Source: Mizuhopecten yessoensis | Lineage: Eukaryota | Direction: 5' to 3' | Assembly: GCF_002113885.1 (NCBI RefSeq) | Contig: NW_018480048.1 | Location: 303,779-367,778, forward strand | Length of the DNA: 64,000 nt | Shown: positions 48,693 to 62,830 of the stretch, one piece after another | How positions within the stretch are numbered: the first letter of the stretch is position 1 | Layout: the number at the start of each line of letters is the position of its first letter | Program-made: the position numbers and the translations under genes | Notes under the pieces: generated by a model | The model's input: only the letters and a program-made list of their open reading frames with translations | What the model was told of the DNA's origin: nothing | Databases searched by the model: none

Positions 48693-48971
48693 ATGAATAT
48701 TCTTGCTTCCATCATTAAGATCAAATCATATAGAACTGAAATAAGTGAAGTAAGGGTCTAAAGATTTCTGGCCGACCATCCGACCTTATTTTATAAAATA
48801 TATCGATATCATACGAGCAAAATATTCGGAATATTGAAAATGAAAAACTAGTGACAATAGACTCTGAAGTATCTGTATTTTTTTTTTAAAGATTTCTTGT
48901 TTCTACAGATATCGAAAAAGAGTTATCAAGTCCAATAATGTAAGGTCCAGTACACTCTGCGATTGGTATAT

Positions 48972-51010
48972 GGGAATTCTAGTCGTTTCGGTACCAAGTC
49001 GTTTCGGTACCAAGTCGTTTCGGTACTTCTGACATATTCGGTACTTATGGAAAACACATTTTGGCACCAACTTCACCACTTTTTGCGTGCTGTATAGGAA
49101 AGAACGCTATTAAGTGTGGAGTCAAACTTGTGCTATAATACACGTGTTTGTATCAGTTTGTTCACTCTCCCTATTTTGATTTGCTCATGTTTCTTAATAT
49201 CTTTCGTTAATAGATTGTCTCAAGTGATCTTTGCTTGTTTTGATACAGTTCATGTATATTTGATATAAGCATGGACTTGATATCTAATATGTCCTGTGAG
49301 GTGATATAAGTTTTTTTTCACGTGAGAGTACAGCAAAATGAGTTTGTACTGTTATTTAATGTTTTAAAGAGCTGCTATTCAACATTATTTGATTTGGAAA
49401 AGACAGATTGCAAAATAAACATGACACTTCATGATGTATCTATATGTAAATGTAAAGTGTTCCATTTGGAGTACCCTTATGTCATGTTTTCTCTCATCAG
49501 TTATTTTCTTTTCAATGATTGATATGCAGCGTTTGTTTCAACCATTAATACCAAAAACAAAACAAGATTCATATTATTACATTGATGAATAATTTTATTT
49601 CCATACAGGGATAGCATACATTTATACATACATAATTCACATTGTCATTCAATGGCTACTATTCTAGACAGTTTCACATGTTACCCTGTATAAGGATTCC
49701 CTGTATAATAACTACACTACATCAATGGCTACTATTATAGACATTTTCACATGTTACCCTGTATAAGGATTCCCTGTATAATAACTACACTACATCAATG
49801 GCTACTATTATAGACATTTTCACATGTTACCCTGTATAAGGATTCCCTGTATAATAACCACACTACATCAATGGCTACTATTATAGACAGTTTCACATGT
49901 TACACTGTATAAGGATTCCCTGTATAATAACCATACTACATCAATGGCTACTATTATAGACAGGTTCACATGTTACCCTGTATAAGGATTCCCTGTATAA
50001 TAACTACACTACATCAATGGCTACTATTATAGACAGTTTCACATGCTACCCTGTATAAGGATTCCCTGTATAAAAACCACACTACATCAATGGCTACTAT
50101 TATTGACAGTTTCACAGGTTACTTTGGATAATAACCACACTTTGTCAATAGCTACTATGATAGACAGTTTCATATGTTACCCTGTCTAAGGATTCCCTGT
50201 ATAATAACCACACTACATCAATGGCTACTATTATAGACAGTTTCACAGGTTACTTTGTATAATAACCACACTTTGTCAATAGCTACTATTATAGACAGTT
50301 TCATATGTTACCCTGTCTAAGGGTTCCCTGTATAATAACCACACTTCATCAATAGCTACTATTATAGACAGTTTCACATGTTACCCTGTATAAGGATTCC
50401 CTGTATAATAACCACACTACATCAATGGCTACTATTCTAGACAGTTTCACATGGTACCCTGTCTAAGGGTTCCCTGTATAATAACCACACTTCATCAATA
50501 GCTACTATTATAGACAGTTTCACAGGTTACTGTGTATAATAACCACACTTCATCAATGGCTACTATTATAGACAATTCCACATGTTACCCTGTCTAAGGA
50601 TTCCCTGTATGATAACCACACTACATCAATAGCTACTATTATAGACAGTTTCACATGTTACCTCGTATAAGGATTCCCTGTATAATAACCACACTACATC
50701 AATGGCTACTATTCTAGACAGTTTCACATGGTACCCTGTCTAAGGGTTCCCTGTATAATAACCACACTTCATCAATAGCTACAATTATAGACAGTTTCAC
50801 ATGTATAATACCACACTTCAGCTAAAATTGTCCAAGCACACAACTTATCAAAGTTCACATCCTACACTTTAATGACTTTATAGAATAAGGGAAGCGGACA
50901 CCTTCCGTTAAAGCTGCGATGTTGTCAACCTCCCCTGCTGGTAACGCTTCTACATTTTGAAGACGAGTCTCTGCACCTGTCTTGATCGCTTCGTCTAATG
51001 TCTTCTCAGT
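48972..51010 (-). mobile_element. Truncated Mutator/MULE-like transposon remnant carrying a satellite
   Basis: 16-bp subterminal repeats agtcgtttcggtacca at 48981, 48997 and 49013. Minus strand 51009-50896 reads LRRH*TKRSRQVQRLVFKM*KRYQQGRLTTSQL*RKVS, resembling MULE transposase C-termini. Confidence 0.5.
49649..50819. repeat. 73-bp tandem satellite (with ~58-bp deletion variants), roughly 16-17 units
   Basis: Unit catcaatggctactattatagacagtttcacatgttaccctgtataaggattccctgtataataaccacacta; starts at 49720, 49793, 49866 and onward. Confidence 0.95.
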
Positions 51011-51989
51011 TTTCCCTCAGTCACCATTTTCAGCTGTATGGGGATGACCCCTCGTTGTTGTGGCCCCTTTGGGGGCAGAGGGATGGGGCCCAATAGGGAA
51101 ATAGAGGATTTTTTCCCCCTACTATACATGTAAAGGTATTTAAACCAAATGCAGTCTGAAGCATGCTTAGGGACAAAAGAATCAATTTTGAATAAACTGA
51201 GGTGTGTGGGCTGCTTTCTTTGTGGCAGATGGGTGATCATGGGGCCCATTAGGGGAAATAGAAGAAAACATTCAAGATCATTCTCCCTCTGTACCAATGA
51301 AGGGATTTTAACTAAACTTGTTCTAGAGCATCTTTGGGCAAAAGGAATTTAATATCTATAAATGTGCCCAATAGAGAAATAGAGAAAAATATTTTACCTT
51401 CTGTACAAACAAAGGGATTTGATCCAAATGTGGCCTGAAGCATGCTGCATGACCCCCCCCCCCCCCCCCCCCCCCCCCCCCTATTAAGCTATTAAGGCCC
51501 CTGGACCTCTAGTTAATTTGTTAACATTGGCAATATTGTAATTCATTGTGAGGAGGCCATCAAAATTTGGGAGTTACTATAAATTCTTTCTTAAATTTTG
51601 ATATGGATGTTAAAAACATATGTAGGTAGGGGATTCCCAATCGCTTAGAAAACCAAATATATGATACTGTCCATGATATTATATCAATAACTGAACTGTG
51701 ATTATCTCCCTTATCTGTGATGTTTTGCAAAGTGCTACATTTTTAAAGCCGAAACTCTTTTGATAATTTTCTGATTATAATCTTTTTTTTTCATTCATTG
51801 TCAACTTTTAATACACACTACATAATTAAAGTGTATATTCTGTAAATTTGTACCCTTTGCTATATAAGCAATGTATGTATATTACACTATAACAGTGTTT
51901 TTACCATATCCGTCAGTAACACTGGTGTGATTTCTACATGGTGACAAAAAGAGGACAGGACAGTTATCTGATTCTGTTCCATTTAGTAA

Positions 51990-52670
51990 GACTTTCTGGG
52001 TTCTAGAATTTAAAAAACTGAGATATCCGAAGACATGTTTGGCTGTTTATACCACAATATGTAAGTTTAGAGAGTACGTAGCCATTGATGGAGGCCTTTG
52101 AGAAATCTAAAAGTGCAATATCTGTCTGTTTGTTTTTATTTATGTTTCTGGCTAAGTTATCAATAGTTAAAATAAGTTGAATTTCGGTAGAGTGCTTAGA
52201 GAGAAAACCATGTTGAACGTGTATTAGAATTTTGTTTCTGTCTAGTTGGTTCATGATGCTACTGTGAATAAATGTTTGAGCAGTTTACATGTTATGGAAG
52301 TAAACGAAACCAGACGAAGGTTGTTTTCGGAAGAGTGTTTATCACCTTTCTTATAGATGGGGAGTATATTTGCCTTGTGCCAATCAAGAGGAACAGTGCC
52401 CATGTCCAGGGATAATTGAAATAATTTTGTTAATGCAGGAGCTATTGGCCTTGCGAAGCATTTAAGAATTTTCGCTGATGCATCTGTAGATTAGATAGAA
52501 GTCTAAAAACACCTGTCCTGTCTCACCAACAGTAAAGGCATACTTTGGTATGGTGGTGGGGGACCAAAGTTAGGAAAGTTTGATAGCTGTTCTTGAGTGA
52601 ATACTGAGTAAAACTGATTGTTCAGGAGATCAGCTTTGGTTTTGGGTTCTGAATTAGTTATTCCATCCTC
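51990..52670 (-). mobile_element. Degenerate LINE ORF2 fragment
   Basis: DWHKANILPIYKKGDK, QHGFLSKHSTEIQL, TDIALLDFSKA. Confidence 0.85.
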
Positions 52671-53590
52671 AGGATTTCTTTAGTATACGAAGGCTCCATC
52701 AATACTGATGATAGTGCCTTCGGGAAACTGAGCGCAGAGGCGTGAAAAAAAGGGATACAAAAAATGTATCTTTTTACACATAAACATTGTAAAATATAAA
52801 CACAGTATTACAGTATATTTGCGCTGGCTTAAATTTGTGTGATTTTTACCCAAAATTAGAAAATTGAATTTACACAGATTTTAATTTCGAAATTAAGACA
52901 TGTGAAGGAACTAAATTTTCGCTGTGTGTTAGCACAGAGATGAGACTCGGCACACATAAAGTGTTAAATAGTCAAATTAATAGGCTTATGACAGCATATT
53001 GAGCAACAGCAAATAGGTGTATTTTGTTAAAGAAATCATCAAATGGGCGATACAGTGTAGAGCCTATTTTCACACATCATGACTCTTTATGTACCTCTAT
53101 ATGAATGCTAGTTCATGACGACATTAGGCTTATAAAGTTAATTATCCCGGCTGCTTTTTGTGCTTTTCAAATTATTCTCCTGATCATATTTTCATGATTA
53201 CGTTATTGCCCCACGAAATCGCTAAAATATCATCTCTGCAGAAAAATCCTGCTATACAGTACTTCTTTAATTTGTTATGGAAGAATATTTTATATAAGAC
53301 ATTCACATCTCATAACGATTATGCCGCATGACATTTTTTCATTAAATTATCAATAAATTAGCCATGAACTGGATATGATTAACTAGTTTTCAGTTAAAAA
53401 GACATAGACATTATTAAAGAATGTACTTGTTCCATCTCCTTGCCTTTCAGAAGGTTTGACTGTATAAAAGACAGTATTTACTGAAACAAATATTTTCCTC
53501 TTATTTTGCAGATAACTGTACCTTGGCTTGTTTGAAGCTGTTCTATTGCCATTGATACAAGTTCAAACCAGATATTTTCAAAGAACCAAG

Positions 53591-56500
53591 ATGGCTGATA
53601 AAACCACGACAAAATCAATGGGTTTTTGCCTGTCTCTTCTGATTTGCTTCATGAATATCCACTTAGGATCAGGTGAGTGATACAAAGTGCTGCAGAATTT
53701 GGTAAATAATTTGGTTTGGAGTTTGGTCTATAAACTCCTTGGTATGTTGTCGATATGATGCACATGGTCTTACACCTGTGCTATGTTGTCATAAAGATAG
53801 GCCAAAATAAAAGTTAAACAGTCTACCTTTATGCACTCAGAATGGTTAAAGTGTTCATCCATATTTCCCAGAATAATTTTTATATCCATGTTTTTCCCCA
53901 AATTTTTATCCTAGAGTCTGTTTCTTAGAGCTACCAGCTGGAAAACCCCTGAATGGCCTTTATGATTGCTGGCTAAATACAGAACTCTGCCCATTTTAGG
54001 CAGATTTGTATTGAGTCTGTACATGTGTTTGATATTATCGTCTTTTAAAATTTTATGCGGTAACATAAGTTTGTACTACCTGTCTGATTTTATATATTTA
54101 TTTCCCTTGTGGTAGGGAGACAAGATTTGTTTCTCCAAGATTAATGATGTTTCATTTTGGCTTTGCCCTCATGTAATGATTAATCTTGTAGAAAGAAAGT
54201 ATAATGTATCCCCTTCCACAAGGGAAATTAATATTTTATAATCCCGAAATAAATCAGTAACACAATGATAAAGATGTCCAAGTTGATGCACCTTTGTTGT
54301 TTTCTGCTCCAGCCACTCAGAATTTGGTTGCGTTAGCTCTTGCCCATTTTTCTAGAGAGGCTCTGGATAGGGAATTAAGACCAAGGAAACTCAAGTGCAC
54401 TATAGGGCGACACTATAAGACTCTACCATGCCCAGGGGTGTAGGCTCGGCTTTCCAAATTTGAAAATCCCATGGGTGGAATTTCCCTTTCCTACACCCTT
54501 GGGCATGAAAGAGTATTTTTCTCTCATTCCAAACACCAAAATAAGCTCAGAAACCATGAAAATGCGTTTGGACTGGTCACCATTTTGATTTTTTTTTTCT
54601 TTTCTCCTGAACATTTTAGACGAAAACGAATCAGCCAGTCAGATTAAACATAACCCATATTTGCAAACATGTTTGCGCAGAAAAATTAATCTCATCTTTC
54701 TAACGTGTACTGTAAATATATCGTAAAAGGGTTTAGTTTCATGACGTCGCCTTTACCGCATTGCGGCATCGGAGAATTCCAAATTCATGACGTCACGTCA
54801 TTGTTGAGCAATTGTGACCTCACGTCACGTGAAATGGGGTGTGGGATAGAAATTTCCTACACCCCTTTCTTACACTGGATAGCTCTATCTTACACACAGG
54901 GAAATGAGAGAAAATGTTTTATTGCCCCATCATAATCCAGTTAGACATGCCAATATTATATAAATGAGCCAATTTCTTGTATTTTCTCCAAATTAAGTAA
55001 AAGTAGAAGAAAATTTGAAATCCATGTACATGTAATATTGCCTATGGTAACATGACTGGCATAACACCAAAATAACACATGTATTAGAACCACTGTATAC
55101 TGCAGAATTATCTATAAAATGAGTGATATTTAGATTCGGGTAATTTTGTTTCCTTTTATCTAAAGAATGCAAAATTACCAATTTAAAAGGGATGAAACTA
55201 ATTTCCTTTTTGTCAGACACTGACAGTAATTGTAAGTTAGCATGTGTTTTAAATATACATTTTCAGCTCACATATTTATATTTACTACCACTATTTATTG
55301 AAGGGGCCTTTGGCTTTGGAGGAGAGGATAAGGTTTTACTGTCAGAAGTGGAAACCTTGACCTTGTACAATGGCCGAATGACAAACTCTAGGCGGAGCGG
55401 TCCTATCCCGCAGTTGAAGTGTGAAGGAGGATCGGCTGGATGTGGAACCTTTGTTCCTCAGGTAGTCCAGTGCACGAACAAGGGATCAGATGGGCGCGAC
55501 ATTCAGGTGAGTTCAATTTGTTCAGATCAGTAGGGATTAGGGAGGATGTGAACTAGGGACAATTTGTGTATATGTTTTGAAATCGGCACAGGTAACATTT
55601 ATCCTGGGTGTGCATTAGCTCATTAGCCCCTATAATTTCATAATGAAGTATTCCTACCTTTGAAGTGGAAGAGTTCTCTTGTTCAGATCAGTTTGTCAGT
55701 ATCTGAATCAGTATGTCAATATCTATTTTGTCTTTGTTAGATTCACTGTTGTAAACAATAACTATTATTAGCAACAATTCCTTGTGGGTACACAAACAAT
55801 CACTTACATATGTTTCAAATTATGGATAATTTAGATTCTAAATGGTACTTTCTTGATAACAGAATGTTGTCATTCAGATTTTGATAACAATATCATTACA
55901 GTGGGAGTGTAAGACAGACATGGATAACACCTACAGGTTCGGGAGAGTGGAGGTGTCCTGTGAGGGGTTTGACTACCCAGACGACCCTTACATACTGCGA
56001 GGCTCCTGTGGTGTAAGTACAAACATATGCTGTAGACCCTCTCTAAATCATGTTTTACTGCATTAGTCTTAAAGCTGTTTACTGTCAAAATGGAAATTAT
56101 CCCGTTGTTGAAATGTTTGCACTAGTGCGAAAATATCTTCATGTGACTATTGTATATACCGGTAGAATGGGGGTATTTCAGAACCATTGTCAACGCCAGA
56201 ACTTCAACACTGCGATTACATTTTGTCTCGCCGCCACGAAGTGGAAGCGAGACTTAGGTGTTACTTTTCCGGCGACATCATCAACATCAAGTTTTTGCGT
56301 TTAAGTTTGTTTCTCTGAAAGTATAAGTGTTAGACCAACCAAACTTGGACCATAGATGCATCTAAGGTAGAACATCTCAACCCATGCATCAAATGCTGGA
56401 CGCGGCCTACTTTTCATGGTCCATTGACTTTGTCAGCATCTCCATCAACATTAAGTTTTTGCGTTTAAGTAAGTTTCTCTGATATGTGCATTCATGGTCA

Positions 56501-59500
56501 AAGCAGGGCATAGGCGAGACATATCAATCTGAATGGCTTGTAAAGTGTCACAAGGTGACCATTTCCACACGTCAGATATTCCACTTTTACAGAAGTTAGA
56601 TCCTCACTACAATAGTCAATGCTGTTTACCAATTACTTGAGTACTCCTGTGGTCCAAGTTTGGTTGGTTTATCAAGACTATTTTAGTCAGTGCTATTTAA
56701 GTTAAGACTTGACTATAAGAGAGGCTCTGGAATTGAGAGATAATACTGAATGTTGATACAGTACATTTCTCTTAATATCACATTGCTTAATATCACTTTT
56801 CTGTTATTATCATGTTTTCTTGATTTACTGTTTTTCCTGCAATATAATCTATGTGATTCAGTTCTTTTATTATCACTGATTTGAATGTCAATTTCGTTTA
56901 AAATCACTCTATTTTGGCCACTGTCACAAAAAATCATTGGTAAATGAAGGCATTTTAATTGTAATGTTTAAATTTTCTTCATGTACTCAAAAAGACAATA
57001 CATGTGAGTGAAAAAAATCTATGCCTGATTACTATCCTGTGAAATGTTTAACCCTCTCACCACTGTAGACCATATTGGACTCACTCAGATGAAAGTATGG
57101 TAGAGTCTACTTAAGTTACTTAGGGGTGAAAGGGTTAATGAAGGTTAAATGTAATAGAGAAAATTGATGTTGCTTTTCAGTTTTCCTAATAAAGAATCTT
57201 GAATGTTGACTATTCTAGTCGGTGCTGTTTATAATTTTGGAAAATATTTGTAGGTCATGGAACATTAAATTTACTTACATAAATTCCCTTCAAATTAATG
57301 TATGTATTGTGTAAGCTTGTTTAATGAATAGAACAAGCATAAGTATTATGATTATAATGTCATTAAAATGGAAAGGTCAACACTTGGGCCATGTCGTTCA
57401 TTGCTGAAATGAATGCCATCCAAGGCTTGTAGCATTATATAGTGGCGGTGCCTTAGAATAGAAATACAGTGTTTTTGTGGGAAAATATAAAATATTACAA
57501 TTTTGGACTGCTATGTTCCTTTTCGTTTCAGTTGATGACTGGTTCTGTCATGATTATCGACATTAATGAGAACACATTTCTATTTCAGCTCGAGTACACC
57601 ATTGATCTAACCCAAGAAGGTCAGCAGAAAAAAAATCAAGGTCATCACAACTATGGCAGCAATTACGGAGGTCACAGCGAAGACTACCATGACCGTTCAT
57701 CCTACCAGTCTAGGTTAGCATGCCATGCTTCAAAATATCTAAAACTAAAGCTAGTGATTCATGTCAGTTATAGAAGTTTAAGGCCCCTCATTGTGTTAAA
57801 TTATAGCGGATTACAAGAATCTTTTAATTTGATTGTGGTCAATTTTAGTGGACTAAAGTTATATTCATTATTATTTTAATTTTATCTTTTCCCCCAATGC
57901 TAGACTTTTTCAGATTATATTGTTTAACCAAAAAATCAGACAATGCAAAAAGGGATGACGTCACATACCGCTATATTTGGTGCAGTATTTGTAATGCAAT
58001 CTTCTGATTGGGTTAAGGTTGCTTGGATATGAAATACTGCACAATGTTGTGTTTTGTGCAAAATTATTTTGTTTTTATTAGAATTTAATAAATAATCATT
58101 GACTATAATGAGCTAAAATGGTCAAATTGGGTTATACAGTATATACTGAAAAACTCGTGTAAACTTTGTGTACAAACAGCTTCGTGGATTTGCACACATT
58201 TTTTTCGGTAAATGCTGTATAAAAGAAAACATTACTTTACCCAAAGATTAATTGATATCTGGGATAGTCTCTCACAAGATGTTATTTCATCTAACATATT
58301 TGACTTTGAGAAAAATTTCTGGAAAGATCTTGAGTTGAAGTACAATCATACAGAGTCTTATGTATAGGCTTATTTTATGTTTACCACATTGTATTTCAAA
58401 TTATATTGATGTGGATATAGAGGCAAAAATGCTTGCGTCCACTGATATCCTATTAAATAACCCAAAAAATAGTCCTGGTTATTTCTCAATTAATCTGTGA
58501 TTTTGATCAATTTTAGTGGATTAAAGTTTACTTTATTATAGGATCTAATGGTCGTGATCAGTTTAAGTTGCCTGGTTTAGTCATGACTAAAGGAGCCTGT
58601 ACTTTTGGCCTATTTTAGTGGATATAGGAGTCTGCATACGTATTCAAATATGATCGGTTTTAGTTGACTATGGTTAACCTTATCATGGGATTCTATGACT
58701 GTGGTCAATTTTAGTGGAGTTGGGTCAATTTCGTCATGGGTGTCTATGATTGTGGTCAGTTTTAGTGGACTAGGGTCAACCTTAAAGGTCTGTGCCCACA
58801 GGTAATCATAACTTCTCGTAATATCACAAAACCACTCGTAATATGTTTGAACCACTTGTAATAGGTTTAAACAACTCGTAATATCACTTAACCACTCCTA
58901 ATCTTATAACACATGTGTTAATCTTATAAAACATGTGCTAATATCATTTAAAAGTGGTAATGATTACGAGCAAAATGAGTGGAATAAGAGAAAGGTATTC
59001 TCTAGTGCTTATCATGGGTGTCTATGATTGTGGTCAGTTTTAGTGGACTTATGGGTCAACCTTGTTTATGTTGCAGTAAGAGTTACAGTAAGGCCAGATC
59101 CATCGTGGGGGACCTGGTTCTCCTGTGTGCTATAGGAGGAGTGGTGTACGTCATCTATAAGACCTGTATCGCTGGCGGTCAACAGGCAGAAAACAGATAC
59201 CCCAATCAAGGACAGGACAACCGATTTGGTGGCAGTCAGCCTCCACCCCCGGGGTTCAGACAGGACTATATGCCAGGTGGAGGTGAGTCAATCTATGAAA
59301 TAGGACTATTCATCAGACTGAATTTTAGTCGAGATAGATACAAAGAATTTAAGATTTTGCAAGAATGATCTTTAAAAGATTTTCTTTATTAATAAAAACA
59401 AGAGAGCTTGGGTTATAAGTGTATTGTTGATATTGCAGATTCGTGTTCCGGATCCTCTTACTACAGTGGTGGTCAAACCAACTATGGCAACCATGCCCGA

Positions 59501-59755
59501 CCAGGTAACACTGGGGGCGGCTTCTGGACTGGTGCTGCCACTGGTGGTCTCCTTGGATACATGTTTGGGAACAGGGGCAACAATCACTACGGCAGCAGGA
59601 CATACACTCCTTACACTGGTTCCTCCTTCTGGGGTCAACCCCGCACGCAACACCGCTCTTCTGCTTTCTCTGGGGGCTCCTCTTTCTCATTTGGAGGGGG
59701 TGGAAGCTCCGGTACCAGAACGGCCTCTGGCTTTGGTGGAACCAAACGCAGATGA
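53591..59755 (+). CDS. SARAF: Store-operated calcium entry-associated regulatory factor (TMEM66), 347 aa
   Basis: Coding exons: 53591-53672, 55304-55506, 55902-56012, 57589-57713, 59077-59282, 59439-59755 (TGA). Motifs TLTLYNGRMTNSRRSGPIPQLKC, VVQCTNKGSDGRDIQWECK, VSCEGFDYPDDPYILRGSCGLEY, a single TM segment, GFWTGAATGGLLGYMFG and C-terminal RTASGFGGTKRR are characteristic of SARAF. Confidence 0.95.
57052..57134. mobile_element. 83-bp piggyBac-type MITE (inverted copy of 5377-5459)
   Basis: TTAA flanks, ccctctcacc...ggtgaaaggg. Confidence 0.8.
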
Positions 59756-60780
59756 TTTCATCAGTATCCAGGTCATTTTGAAGATAGAGTGTGTCCTTGG
59801 TATTTTGGGACATGCAGTGGATACAAAAGAAGAAACAGTGTGGAAATGACTGTACAAAGTTAAAAAAAATCCCAATAAACCAGTCTTCATTCAATATTGA
59901 AGATCATCACAATCTTAACTAGCATTATTCCGAAATGCAATATGCTCTGAATACTATATTACCTAATCAGAGAAATATATTGATGTCATTGAGATTGGAC
60001 ATTCCAAACAGTGATAATGAAGCTTAAGTTTAGACTTCACAGAAATAATAACAGCAGTACAATGTTCTTTTCTCTTGTTTAAAAAATGTTTTTAAAATAT
60101 TGTGACTATAAATCAGATTTTTTTTTTTTTTTTTGCTTGTTTCTAATGTAATTTGTCTACTTATAAAGTATTTAAAAGTTTAAAGGATGATTTCAAAGTA
60201 ATTTGAATTTTAATAGACAAAAAAATAGATAATTAATGGCTGTTTTTGTTTTTAGAAACATTCTAAAGAACTTCTTTACCGGTGATTTTTTACCCTAAAT
60301 TTGAACAAACAAAAAGATAGTTAGACATGTTTTGTTTACGGGATATATATAAAAAAATAAACAAATTTTGATTTGATGGAGATCATTTACACATTGTTCA
60401 GAAAATATATTGAATTATTCCAGAATTTGTATTTAAGTCTTGTAGGATTTCTATATGTTTTAAACTGTCATCCTTGTATAAAATGCAATGTTTGTACATT
60501 AACATAGATTATCATAGATATAGATCTACAACTGTGATATGTGTGAGTGCTCAACACATGATATAAATGAGTTAACTATATTGTGTAAGGTGTGGATAAT
60601 ATTGTGTACTATGTCTTTAGAAGATTACAAAAATATAAACTAGAAACTCCTTTGAAAACCAAGCAGAGATAGGGTGTGTTTTTTTGTAATAAGTAGATCT
60701 TTTTATATCGTTAAACTTATTAAGTAAACTCAATCAAATCTAGAATCTTCTGCCTATTCAATTTATAGTTGGTCAGTGGT

Positions 60781-60979
60781 CATCGTCGGATAGCCATGGT
60801 TGATTTCACTTCGCTACTCACTCTTCAGACGGCTGACTTCACTTCGCTACGCACTTATCAGACGGCTGACTTCACTTCGCTACGCACTCATCAGACGGCT
60901 GACTTCACTATGCTACTCAATCATCACTGATGAGTAAGTAGCGTAGTGAAATCAGCCATGAGTTCGAATTCCGACGATT
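60781..60979. mobile_element. 199-bp foldback/Mutator-type MITE
   Basis: 9-bp TSD gtcagtggt (60772-60780 and 60980-60988), termini catcgtcgga / tccgacgatt, internal ~33-bp repeats gacggctgacttcacttcgctacgcact. Confidence 0.8.
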
Positions 60980-61999
60980 GTCAGTGGTTTGCCAATTTGT
61001 TTACGTTTTCTTAATTTCGTTGGCAAACAGGAAGGAAAATATGCATGTCACAACCAACTTACATGAATGAATCTGTACTCAGTATAAAGCCGTTTGATTT
61101 TCGTCGTTTTTTGTGAGAAAATTAAGAAAAAAATGTTTTACATTAAAGATTTCCATAGGTCCATACATACAGTGTTGTCTTGGGCTTACAACATTTTGTA
61201 TGTACACTGTTGATATATACATGATATTTTATATTATCATAAAACCCTTTCTTAATTCATTAGTATAGCTATATACTCATATAAATTGTCAACTGTCCCC
61301 AGAGATTTCACTATAATATGTTGTGTACTAAAAATTGGTACTGCTTTTTAAGGGTTAAAAGTCATCAAACTCATTGCACCGTTTGTGGATTTATGGTTAT
61401 TTATTATTCATAAATGTACTGGAATGTCAAACATTTTATTGATCGTTTGTGCATGTATACAGCTTAAATATATTGTTTGTTTGTCTTTGACATTTTTTTT
61501 TCATTTTGAAGTTAAAATTCCACTACCGTACATGTACCATATTTTTTGTTTTTATTTCACAATGTTAAGATTAGCAATTACATGTATGTTCATTTATTTC
61601 TGTTAACATTACCAAACATCGGCAAGAATCGGTAGGTGGGCATGCTGTTGTTGACAGTGGAGAAACGACAGTCCCTTATTCAGATCTTGTTGGGAATCAG
61701 TGTATATTTTATGCTGTTGTTATCGTTGATTATGTATATTCAGTTCATAATAAAAAAATAAAAAAATGATTTTAAAGTCTGGCTTTTTTATGTTTCAGAT
61801 CAAATGGACTTTTTTTTTATTAAATGTGCAATGCAAAATTATCCTTGAGTATTTTAAAGAAAGGCTTTCATTAATGATTTGTTTTCTTGAGTTAATGATG
61901 AAACTTTGGTAGACAGTACCATGTATTGACATGGACAAGTCCATTATGGTCTACAGTGGTGAAAGGGTTGGACAGACATCAAGTTTATATTTTGCTAGG

Positions 62000-62830
62000 T
62001 TGAAAGAGTATCAATTTTATTCAAATGTATGACCTTGACCCACTTTTAAGATTTTAAGGGTCAAATTTGCTTAACATTTTAAATAACATCTTCTGAATAA
62101 TCAAGAGGCCAATAGTCATGATATATTACCAGTAGCATGCTGGGATGAAGTGCTATTACCCGGTAGATTTGATCAATAAAATAACCTCTTCCCACTTTCA
62201 AGGTTGCATTAAGGGACAATTTTGTTAAAACTTTAAAACATTTTCGTCTGAATAACCATGAAGCCTAGGGTGATGATATTTTGGCCAGTAGCATGCTGAT
62301 ATTAATAGCTATCAAGTTTGTCCAAATAAATAAGCTTGAACTTACAAGGGCACATGGGATCTTATTTATTGATCTGTTATATAACGTGTTTAAACCTTTG
62401 AACAATGTTTTGCATAACCAAGAGGTCATGATATTTGACCATGATCATGCTAGGATGAAGTGCTATTACATTTGTTCTAATAAATGACCTTGACCCACTA
62501 TATAAATCATAGGTATGTTGCAAATATGTTAAAATATTCAAAAAATATTCTTCTGATTAACCAAAGGAGATTATAGTATTTGGTCAGTAGAATGCTATGA
62601 TAAAAGCATATTAATTGTATTCAAATGAATGACAACGATGTGTGTTCAAGGTCACAGGGTCAAATCTGTTAACACCTTTGAAGATCCTATTTTGCATCAC
62701 CAAAAAGCTTAAATGAAAATTTTAGCCAGAAGCTTACCTGAATGAAGGGATATTGGATTTGTTCAAATCAGTGACCCTGAACAATAGGGGTCAAATGTGT
62801 AAAATTAAACTTCTGAATAACCAACGACTA
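62000..62830 (-). repeat. Degenerate ~160-bp core repeats, inverted relative to 40440-42240
   Basis: Repeated ttctgaataacca..gatattt(t)ggccagtagcatgct..caaat(g/a)aatgaccttgacc. Confidence 0.65.

Noticed and set aside
59349-59894. 181-aa antisense and alternative-frame ORFs over the SARAF last exon
   Set aside because: Expected shadow ORFs of a GC-rich Gly/Ser-rich exon.
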